A stretch of 63,240 nucleotides of DNA, the filler included, from Ministeria vibrans ATCC 50519 (lineage: Eukaryota > Protista > Filasterea), in NCBI GenBank assembly GCA_943704425.1. It is 7 parts of 7 records of this genome, joined end to end, with 100 filler letters (N's around TTAATTAATTAA, not from the genome) between each part and the next. Parts side by side here need not be neighbours in the genome. Positions count along the whole stretch, not along the records: positions 1 to 12,712 come from CALSCP010000481.1; positions 12,813 to 36,144 come from CALSCP010000579.1; 5 more parts are not named here. One strand, written 5' to 3'. The notes beneath the pieces were generated by a model that was not told the DNA's origin, ran no database searches, and was given only the letters and a program-made list of their open reading frames with translations. Position 1 is the first letter of the stretch; each line of letters starts with the position of its first letter. Shown here piece after piece: positions 11,704 through 22,200 of the stretch. A program made the translations under genes and the position numbers.

Positions 11704-12544
11704 ATGGGAACCTTGTTTGACAAAGTGGGCTCATGGTGTGGCGGCAACGAGAATGTACGGAGAAGCGAAACGCGAATGTTGAGGTTATGTTGTACTCATC
11801 GTTCGTTTTGTTTATTCGCATTGTGTGTGCCTGTTTCCATCGTAATATGCATTAGGATGTCTATGGGCAAGGTGTTGGTGGTGGTGGTGGTGGAACTGGC
11901 GGTGGGCCGGGCGCAGGTTCACGCGGCGGTGCCGGACAGGCCAAAAGCAAGCTGAAGAAGCCCGCAAAGAAGATTGATCGCTCTATGATTGGTGCACCCG
12001 AGAACTTTCAGGTGGGAGAGACGAGGGTGCGCTACGGACAAGATATTTATTATTATTAATTTGTAGCATACGGGCCATATTGGAGCGAGTGACATGTCGA
12101 CCGGCACGGGACTCACCAACATTCAAACACAGATGCAGGGCAAGGGCGGCCACACTGATGCCGAACAGACCTTTGAAGGCAGCGTTGTGACCAAGGTAAA
12201 CAAAAACCCAAAAGTATACACGAATATCACTGACTATGTGTCGCGGTTGGATTTTTTTTTTATAGGCAATTGACTTGGATACGGCATTTAAGGTGGACCG
12301 AGAGGAACGAGAAGGAACTCCATCGCAACAAAAGCGAGCAATGCCGGAGAACACGACAGAGACAGACAGCGCGCCTGCCGCCGCAACAGAAGCGGCGGAC
12401 GCAGCAGTAACAGAAGGAGCAGTAGCAGCAACCGACGAAGCTGCTGCACCCGTAGAAGATAATGTAGAATCGGGGTCAAAGCTGCACAGGACGCACAGCG
12501 AAGGGCCGCCCGCCATGGAGGAGGAGGGCGAGGCAGGCTTTTAA
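11704..12544 (+). CDS. CDC42SE: CDC42 small effector (SPEC)-like CRIB protein, 4 exons
   Basis: Spliced product MGTLFDKVGSWC...KKIDRSMIGAPENFQ|HTGHIGASDM...NIQTQMQGKGG has the CRIB motif and the SPEC-specific IDRSMIG and IQxQMQxKGG motifs. Introns begin at 11755, 12012 and about 12197. Confidence 0.85.
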
Positions 12545-12712
12545 CCGAGAGATACTGAGCGAGAGAGTGAGAGAGAGGGAGAGTAGTGAGTTGTCTGTCT
12601 GTGCTGTGTTTGCTCTTCGTGTCTGTATTGATATTGATGTTTGTGAAAGCGGTAAACACCCACTAGGGAAATGGCATAGATTTATATTATTTCGTTTTTT
12701 TTGTTTCATTCA

Positions 12713-12812
12713 NNNNNNNNNNNNNNNNNNNNNNNNNNNNNNNNNNNNNNNNNNNNTTAATTAATTAANNNNNNNNNNNNNNNNNNNNNNNNNNNNNNNN
12801 NNNNNNNNNNNN
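12713..12812. other. Assembly gap with an artificial six-frame-stop linker (N44-TTAATTAATTAA-N44); the same linker occurs at about 36145, 47908, 49309, 59729 and 61939
   Basis: An identical 12-mer is centred in every 100-nt N block. Confidence 0.95.
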
Positions 12813-12813
12813 T

Positions 12814-12918
12814 GAGGGTGTTTGTGTCGCCTATGAGACCGCCTACAATGCTGTGCTTGTGACCGATCCTGCAGCGACAATGCGTCGTTCACCCAATGAC
12901 ATTAAACTCATCATGTAA
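12814..12918 (+). CDS. COG6: 3' terminal fragment of a COG6-like gene (remainder lost in the gap)
   Basis: EGVCVAYETAYNAVLVTDPAATMRRSPNDIKLIM* resembles the COG6 C-terminus pattern VCxAYxxxYxAV..DP...RSPxxVxxLL. Confidence 0.55.
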   Translation, partial: EGVCVAYETAYNAVLVTDPAATMRRSPNDIKLIM

Positions 12919-13274
12919 AATGCATACCTCAATAGCAATATTATAATATTTCTCTCTCTCTCTCTCTTTTTTCTCTCAATGCACCTTAACTTCCCCAAAT
13001 TAAGACGGGCAGAAAAACATAAGTACAACAAAATTTGTGACTAAAGTTGATAAATTATTCCTTTCACTTTTCATTAACAATTATGATTATTTATTAAGAA
13101 TATAATAATAGGAAAATAAATAGAGAATCGAGAGCTGTACTCAATGAATAATAAAAAATTATTATTAATATTAATTTGATTATTATTATTATTAATTAAT
13201 TAATAATAATAAATTAATAATAATAATAATAATAATTATTTTTATTATTAGTTTTATTTTGTTTTTGAGTCAGC

Positions 13275-15579
13275 ATGCAGGTTGACACGGAAAACTTCGC
13301 AGTCGCGATGGCCGAGCTGCGCAGCTCTCTGCCCCGCGCCCTGTTCGTAGCGATTGACACGGAGCTGACAGGGCTGCACACGTCTCGAAGCGCACGGCAC
13401 TCCATCTTGGACACGCTGGAGGAGCGGTACGCGCGTGCACGCGAGTCGGCATCGTCGTTTGCCGTCGTGCAGTTTGGCATTGCCCTGTACGAGTGGGAGG
13501 CGCTCGAAGACGACGACAGCGGAGTGGCAGTGCCCGCACCCGACGCTGCAGCCACAGCCACAGCCACAGCCACAGCCCCAAGTGGTGCCGGTGGGGAGGA
13601 ATCGAGCGAGGCGCGCGAAGAGGGCGAAGTCGATCAAAGCACTCTGCCACCGCGCACGCCACAGAACGACAGCGGCCGCAGCAAGGACACGGGCACACCG
13701 GATGCACCCTCGTTCCGCGGTCGATTCGTCGTCAAGCCGTTCAACTTCTTCGTCTTTCCGCGTCCCTCTGCGCTGCTCGGTCGCAACGCTCCCGATCGCG
13801 TCTTCTCGTCTCAGGCGAGTTCCATTGACTTTCTCTGCAAGAATGGCTTTGACTTTGGCCGTTGCTTCTCACGCGGCATCCCTTACCTCAACGAAACAGA
13901 CGAAGCGGCTCTTCGTCGCACACTGAACAACAACAACAACAACGGCAATAGTAGTACGGGCACTCCTTCGCGCCCTGCTTCTGCCTCTGCCTCCGCCTCT
14001 GCTCCCGCCACACCCTCGTCTTCTTCTTCTCCTTCCAGTGGCATTGCTCTGGGCCAACACGAGCCATTCGTCACGGCGCTCTTTGCCGCAGTCGACGATT
14101 GGCTTCAATCGAGCAGCGACAAGCAGTTCACGTACAAGGAGCCCTGCAATGCCTTTGTGCGCAAACTTGTCTTCCAAGAGTCCGCCAAACGTTATCCAAC
14201 GGGCGTCATGGTTGACAGCGAAGCGGCATCGGACACGCCCAACCGCCATCAGAAGCGCATGCGCTTCACACGCGCCACACTGGAAGAGATGAGTGCACGC
14301 GACCGACATCGCCAGCAGGAGCAAGAGCGCAACATCGACGACGCGTGTGGCTTCATGCGGGTTATCCAGCTGCTCTCCCAGGCCCACTGCCCCGTCATCG
14401 GCCATAACATGCTGCTCGACCTCGCCCACACGCACCACTCCTTCATCCGGCCCCTCCCAGACACACTCGAAGCCTTCACCGCCTCTCTCCACTCCGCCCT
14501 GCCCCTCATCTTCGACACCAAGCTCATCGCTACTAATCTCGTCTCTCTCGCACCGTCCCTCGCCCCTCCCCTTCGCGACACCTCCCTCGAATCCGTCTTT
14601 GATGCCTCCAAGTCCCCTCTCTTCACACCTTTCCGCCCTCCCATTGTCTTCCCCCAAGGATTCGATCGATACGCCTCAGTCGCATCAGCACACGAAGTAC
14701 CCCTAAAAAAGACGTCTGTGTTGTGATCGTGGCACCAAATGACATTGAGTGTGTTTGTGTATAGGCTGGCTTTGATGCGTTTGCGACCGGTCATGCGTTT
14801 GCGACCTTTTTGGGTCTCTGTGCCGCTCAAACGGGCCACTCAATCACATCAAAACAGTCGCTGGACCTCAGTAATCAAACAATCATACATCCAATGTAAT
14901 TCAGTCATAATTATTATAATAAATGTTTTTTTTTCTTAGTGAATGCACAGTTTCTCAACCGACTGTATCTAATGCAATCAGACTATCCGTATCTGCATTT
15001 GGATGCCGAAACACCTATTCCCGACCGGTCTCATTGGTTTCATGTTGGTCCTTTCCACACTCAGCTTAAAACGAACAACCTGAAGGTAAAAGTGTAATAA
15101 TAATAATAATTATTATTATTATTATTATTGTTATTATTTTTATTATTCTTATTATTTTGACGAGAGAATTGACTTGTTGTTGTTCTTTGGTAGGAAATGT
15201 TTTCCGAGTTTGGAGATGTGCGAGTGAATTGGGTGGACAAGGAAAATGCCTTTATCGTTCTTGCGCAACCCGAAAATGCTCAATTGGTACGACACGAAAA
15301 AAAAACAAAATAAAAACAAAACAAAAAGCGATACAACGGCAAATGAACTTACCTATATTTTTGTAGTTGAGTGAACAGTCGTCAGCAAATGCGTTTGCGT
15401 GTCGCGTCACCTCCTATGCGGACTACGCGTCAGCAGCCTCTGCAACAGCAGTAGAAGCAACATCCGCTGAGACGGACTTGGTGTCGTCCAAGAAGCGCTC
15501 TCGCACCGCGACTGAGACGGAGACGGGCGAGTCGTCGGAAGAAGTGCCCGCGAAAAAGGCAAAGGCCGACGAGCTGTGA
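13275..15579 (+). CDS. PARN: Poly(A)-specific ribonuclease (CAF1/DEDD nuclease + R3H + RRM), 5 exons
   Basis: FVAIDTELTGL, VVQFGI, KPFNFFVFP, SSIDFLCKNGFDF, IGHNMLLDL, FDTK, HE|AGFDA. Downstream exons read NRLYLMQSDYPYL and FSEFGDVRVNWVD. Confidence 0.93.
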
Positions 15580-15665
15580 GTATGTGTCAAGTAATACAGT
15601 CATGGTTTCACACACACACACACACAGTTTTTTATTTTATGGTCACATGTTGTCTACTGAATATA

Positions 15666-15823
15666 ATCCCATAGCTCAGTGCAATCACGTAACTGCTTGT
15701 CGATCAGCAAACAATAGAAAGGGATCAGTTCCATTCGACAACTGAGTGAACTGACACGTTCGGGGGGTGGGCGATCATTCCGCGACTGCAACTCTGCAAG
15801 TGAGTAACGAGACTCGCCTTTTT
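15666..15823. ncRNA. Candidate structured non-coding RNA, family unassigned
   Basis: Several complementary segments, a GNRA-capped hairpin, and a terminal hairpin followed by T5, in an otherwise AT-rich intergenic region. Confidence 0.3.
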
Positions 15824-15941
15824 CACACACTCACCTATATAGCTAGCTTAGATCAAATGAAATATCAAAATTAAAATCAATTATTTTTATCTTTCGCAAT
15901 ACTAACCAGTATACGTGGCGGCCCCGCCGTCCGAAAGCAGC

Positions 15942-18730
15942 ATGGAAGAGCCTGACATGGACATGTATCGCGCAGCATCGATCGGGGATCTCGCGACTCT
16001 CACTGCAGCCCTTGCGGCCCCTGCCGCCCAGGGCAGTGTCACCGCCCCGTTTCTGCTGCGCCAGGAGCGTGTGGTCAACCGCAAGCAGCCGCAGTCGGGC
16101 AACACCGTGCTGCACTACGCGGCGGCTGCCGGTCACGCTGAGTGTGTCCGCTTTCTGCTTGAACAGCAAGCCGATTTCGATTTGCGCTCGCGCGGCGGCT
16201 TCATTGCGCTTCATTACGCAAGCAAAATGGGTACGACAGACCGCATGGGGGTTCGCGCAAGGCGCTGTGTGCGTCGTCAACGGCTGTTGGGCTGCAACTC
16301 ACTGCGCTCTCTCCCCGCACACTCGCCCGTCTTGTAGAGCGTCCAACCGCCACCGCCACCCCTCCCCTCCCCTCCCCTAGATCATTCACCACGGGTGCCA
16401 CTGACGCGTGCCCTTGCATTCCGTCTTGGACTCTTGTGGTTGAGCAGTCTGATAATTGTCTTATGGCTGTTGTGTCACCCGTCCAGAAACCACTCGCTGC
16501 CTTTTCCAAACGCCAATATTTCGAGTACACGACGAAGATATCACGCCATTGTGTCCTACAGCGGCAAAAACAACCCCTTGCGCAGATGTTTCTTCGTCTT
16601 CTTTTTGCGGTCGACGAACGACACCCAAACCACAACTTAAACCACAACTGTTGTAGGGCACACAGAAGTTGTCAAACTGCTGGCACCGCTTGCCGACGGC
16701 AAAGCAGTGGTACGCATTGAACTGTTTCTTGGTCGCTGCACCGCCCCTCACGCACTCACCTTCCAACGTCACTTTGGTGTTTGTAGCGACGCACTGCAAA
16801 GAAAGGTTACACTGCAGTGCACTTTGCGGCGCAGGCAGGGCACATGGAATGCGTCCAGGCGCTCTACGAAGTAGATAGACAGTCCATTGTCAAGCCTAAT
16901 GAGGTGCATCAAAAGTCACCAAACACCACACAAAAGTCGCACAATCAACTTTAATAATCAATCACAACAGGGAATAAACAATCATAATAATATTGTTTAC
17001 CTTTCTTTTTGTAGGACGGCGAAACGGCACTCCACTTTGCAACGGACAACGGCCACGTCAAAGTCGTCGAGTGGTTGCTCGCACGGGGTTGCTCCGCGCA
17101 CGTGCGCTCATTGCACGGATTCCAGCCGGTCCACTGTGCCGCCAAGTCAACGAATTGTCTCGAGCTGCTTCCGCTTTTCAAGGACGACCTCAACGCCCTT
17201 GACAGCTCCCTCTGCACTCCTTTGCACTGGGCCGTCGAGTCAAAGCGCGTCGAGGCCATTCGTTGGCTAATCGCGCACAATGTGCGTCTCTCTTTGAAAA
17301 ATGTCGCACGCTACACGCCCTTTCACTGTGCCGTCTTTAATGGCGACCGCGACATTGCCACAATCCTTCTCGACGCCGGCTCCGACATCCACTCGGGCAC
17401 CATTGGTGACAACACACCGCTCCACAGTGCATCGCTCAAGGGCTACATCTCGCTCGTGCGCATGCTCATTGAACGTGGCGCTGACGTGCACATTGAGAAC
17501 ACCGAAGGGCTCACACCACTTCATTTTGCTGCCAAAAAGGGCTATATCGAAGTGTGTCGTCTGCTTCTCTTGCACGGCGCCGATCCAAACTCGCGCACCT
17601 TCTCAGGAGACACACCTCTGCACATGTCGTCCGCGAGCCTGTCCACATCGTCGACACTCGTCGCACACGGCGCTGACCCGTGTCTGCCCAAGACGGTCGC
17701 GGGTCGTTTGGTACGCCCACGCGACATTGCTCGCACCATTGGCATTGTCGAGACAGACCGTTTCTTTACTGCGTGCGAACGACACGTTCCTTCCCTCATG
17801 TGGTACGCCCGCAGCACGCTGCGTCAATGGACACCGCTGCGCAAACTCCGTAGCACTCGTGTGCCCTTCCACCTGCGTGGCTACATTGGCTGTGTGCGAC
17901 CACGCGAGCTCGATCGTGTGATGCACGACACACGCTACGATGAAGACGAGTTCTCGCTCGCCTACCAAGACTATCTGCTGCAGCACGACGTCTTGGTTGC
18001 TACTGAGGCTGCCAACAGGCAACGACAAGACGACTTTGATGTGCTTGGTGCGGGTGTGCCGCGCGCCGATGAGCCTCCACCACCGCAGAACAACAACAAC
18101 AATAATAATAATAATAACATCAATGGGGCAGGTGCACTTGCGGGGTATGCACCTGACATCTACTATGTGCCTGACAACTACCAGAACCTCAATTACCGCT
18201 TGGATTTGGAACCCGATGAGGACGAGGACGTCGACGTCGAAGGAGAAGGTGAAGTAGCAGCAGAAGGCGATGGGAGTCAAGTGGATGCGATTGCGGATGA
18301 GCTTGAGCGAGTGAGTCTGCCCTTGTTGGATTTAATTGACGACGACGACGACGACGAAGAAGAAGAAGAAGAAGGAGGAGGAGGAGAAGAAGAGGAAGGG
18401 CCACCTCAAATAGAGGAGGTAGAAGACGAAGCTATGGTTGAACCTTTAGAAGACGAGGCGCAAATCTCACGACATAAAGCAGAACCAAAAGAAGCGGAAG
18501 CACAAATCGAAGCACAAATCGAAGCACAAATCGAAGCACAAGTTGAAGCACAAGTTGAAGCACAAGTTGAAGCACAAATGGACGCACAGGAAGCCCCGCC
18601 ACCACTGACCTCCCTCGACGACAACGACAACGATGATCAACACAACCCGATCAATCGGCGTTCCTTTGAAATGGACTACCCTTCCTCCTCCTCGGCCGTA
18701 CATCCTTCCCGTCCCTCCACCTCCATTTAA
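15942..18730 (+). CDS. Ankyrin-repeat protein with a SOCS-box-like motif and acidic tail (ASB-like), 4 exons
   Basis: About 10 ankyrin repeats (GNTVLHYAA, GETALHFA, TPLHWAV, TPLHSAS, GLTPLHFAA). They are followed by VPSLMWYARSTLR...LRSTRVPFHLRGYI, which resembles a BC box plus cullin box. Confidence 0.8.
18497..18580 (+). repeat. Coding 12-bp minisatellite, 7 units (EAQI x3, EAQV x3, EAQM)
   Basis: Tandem GAAGCACAAATC / GAAGCACAAGTT units. Confidence 0.9.
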
Positions 18731-19263
18731 GGTACGCATTCTTTCTTATTTCCCTTCTCTTCTCCCCGCTTTTTTTTGACTTTGTGTGTCAATGACGAAA
18801 CTGAATCTATGAGAGTATTACGCTTCAGATGTTTACATCTGCTCTGCGACTCAAAGACCAAATTTTTTCAATTGAAAACTCCTCCGAGGCACACATAATA
18901 ATCAAATTTAATTGCATTATTATGGAATCTAAAAGCAAAACACAAACTCAGCCAAATGATGATTCAAAGGCGAATGTGAGTGGGAAATTGAGTGCTCTCT
19001 CTCTCTTTTGGAGATTGATTTGAGAGTCTCTTTTCCGCATTGCGCACATTTATTTAATTGTACTGTCGTGGGATTGTTTTACCGCTTTCCTTTTGGCATC
19101 TGATGGCACAAACACTGAACAATGTTTCGTCTTTTTTCGTAGAGTTTTAATTATTATTATTATTATCATTATTAATATTCTAATAATTATTCTAATTATG
19201 ATTGTTATTATGAATTGGCATGTCAAATAAAACGTGTATTATAAACAGAGACAAAGAGGGAGG

Positions 19264-22200
19264 TCACCAGTCGCGAACGAGATTGTAAATATACTTGAAG
19301 AAGAGATGGTCTGGAGCAGAGAAGAGCAGAGAGGCGGAAGAATCGAGTTTGGCGGAAGAGAGAGCGGAGCGACGGCGAGAAGAAGAGGTAGACGGTGTGT
19401 CCTTGGAAGGGGATGGGGTAGCGCTGGCGGAGGAGGTGCTGGTGGAGTGGCGGTGGAGTTGTTCGAGGATAGAGCGCATTTCACGGCCCATGTCACTGCG
19501 CACTTGTTGGATGTTGTGCTGGTGCTGCTGCGGGTGGTGCGTCATAATGCACTCGTTTATGTGTAAGATAGTCTATAGAAGTGGAATCAGAAATGGTATA
19601 TAATATCTCTTTATCACTCTGTTTCTTCTTTGTTTTCTATGTTTCTCTCTTCATCACTTTGTTTCAATTTTTCTATCTGCATCACTTTGGTTTCTTTCTC
19701 CCTCCGCTCTGTCTCTGTCTCTCTCTCTGTCTCTCTCGCTCTTTCTCACTTACTTGACTGACTGCGAGTGACAAAGCATGCTCAAGGATAAACGTAAGAC
19801 ACTGTGTGCTGGGCGAGGGGCGTCGCAGTCGCTCTTCGCACAGCTTCTGCAGTGCAATCAGCTTGCCCAGTGACGCCACACCCGAACCCGTCTCAGACAT
19901 GTCCATTTCATACACCGGAGCCTATATCATATTTATATATACATAAAAAAAAGTTATGCGTTGTCTTTCTTCCCCGTCCTTTAACCCTTACCTGATGCTG
20001 GTCAGTGACAAGGTTGTTTGGGGTGAGTTTGCACTGGAGAGCCAGGCCGTGGCGGACATACTCAAAGATGAGTACTTCAACGTCACGCGCAAAGCACGTG
20101 AGCGACGACGTGTCCACTTGGTCAACGGAGGAAGCGTGTGCCGATCCGGGTGAGGGCGAGCGGGAGCTGCGACGAAGTGCGGCAGATGAAGACGACGTTG
20201 TTGATCCAGTTGCTGCAGGGGTGCTCTTGAGGGGAGTGCTTGTGAGTGCGCCACTGGCACCAGTCGCTGACGTTGTGTTTGCGTTTTTGTTGCTATCGGT
20301 GACAAGCTCGCGCACCAATGTCTTGTCGAGGGTGTTCTCTTCCTCTGAGACGGGACGTACCACAAGACGAATCACGGAGCAAGTGCTGCTGCCCGTGCCA
20401 CTGCTAGTCGTGGGCAGCACGAGACCGCCCGTTATCATGGGATTGAGGCCGGCGGTCGTGACACGTCGCTCAAGCAGACGCGTCGCACTGCTCGTGCCCA
20501 CCGCACAAGCACGCACCAGCGTAAGCAGCGCAGCGGGCAGTTGCTGCTGCCAAATGCGACGGTGTCGCGACAAAGCAATGAGAAAGCCCAGCACGGACAC
20601 GGCCTCCTCGAGCGCCCCAAGGGTCAGTCGGTTGGGTCCGTCCGTCGTACATGGTGCATACAGGGCACGTTCAAACTGCTCGCCGTGCACACCCACAAAG
20701 GACACACAGTCGTCGGCAAACGAGTTGACCACGCCGAGAGTCGACAGTGCCGTTCGCAAAACGCCCAACGATAGACACCACACGAGATGCCAGCCGTTGC
20801 GCTTGCCACCAATGTACGCCTGAATGCCACTCACAGTCGCCGACGAAGACTGTGCCATTTCCGCCTGTTGTTGCTGCTGCTGCTTCATTTCTTGTCGCTG
20901 TGAGAATTTTGTGGCAGTGACGGCCGTTTTGTTGGTAGGGTCCAGCGTGAGGTCACGCTCGGGAACGACGCGAGTCTCGGAGAGCCGACGAAGCGCATTG
21001 CACAGACGCGACACTAGACCAAGCTGGGCAAGTTCCGCAGCAACCGAGGCATGGCCGGCCGCTCCAAGAAACAGCTGCAGACACATTTCGGTGAACTTGA
21101 GATGAACACGACCCGACAGTGCCTCACATGCACTGTACAGAAGTGTCATGAGGGTTCCATCGCGGCTCAAAGCCGGCAGCCACGCCGACGGCGCCTTGAT
21201 GTGGTGTACCAGCTCGCTAAGAAGCGATACAGTCACACAGGCACCGTCGCGTGCAGCCTCGTCCGCCGCACGCTCGTCCGCGCTCAGCGACGCGCTCTGA
21301 CTACTCGCAGAAACACCCCAGTTGGAGGCAACTGCCGCTTGGTGGTGGTGGTGGTGCTGCTGCTGCTGCCGTTGATGTTGCTGTTGTGACTGGTCGTGGC
21401 GCAGGTCGCCGTGAATGTCGTGCTCCAGGTGCACCTTGAGGGAGGTACAAGCAAACGGGAGAAGCGCAAGTGCCGCACGTTCGCCCGCATTGATGTACTT
21501 CTTCGCATCGTCGTAGATGGTCGTCGCCGTGGCTCGCATCTCGTCTGAGCGACAGTGACGGATGTGCTGTAGCAGCAGCATGGCGCATGTGTACAGGGGC
21601 ACACGCACACTCGCAATCTCCCACTGCTCTCCACTTGTCGCATTCTCAAGGCCGACCGTGAGTGAGTGAAGGACTGCAAGACACTGCGGCACGGTAAGGA
21701 GCATGGGACGACGCAACAGCGTCAGCATGACACTCGACAGTTCAATGTAACAGCGCAAATCAATCGACTGTGGTTCCTCAAGCGCACCGGCAACACCTCG
21801 CACCACCGCGTAGTACTGGTTGTCGCCAGATGACGCCGCTGATGCTGCTGCTGCAGCCGAGGTTGTTGTTGTTGTCGTCGTCGTTGTCTTGTTGTGACGC
21901 AACAAAATGCTCGGGTGACACGACGAAATCACGTCAAGAAGCCATCGCCAGGCACGCAAGGCGTGGAGACGCGCATGCGTCAGTGCCCAACCACGGTTGC
22001 TCTCAATCACATTGGTGAGGAACCGTCGACCAAATGTGCGCCACTGCTCGCATTCGTCGTCTCGCTCGTCCACATCCATTCCACTCTGCTCCACTGCTGC
22101 AGTTGCGTCCTGTTGCGCAGACAAAGTGGTCGCCGTAGCTGCCCGCAAGAGGAGTTGCTCGAGAGCACCCGCGTCATAGACGTAGCGGTCGCCGTGGACA

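Noticed and set aside
12757-12768. Recurrent TTAATTAATTAA palindrome (six copies) as a biological repeat or recombination site
   Set aside because: It is always centred in exactly 100-nt N blocks, so it is an artificial stop-in-all-frames scaffolding linker.
15666-15745. tRNA gene suggested by TAGCTCAGTG
   Set aside because: No D-stem partner, anticodon arm or GTTCRA T-loop at the proper spacing.
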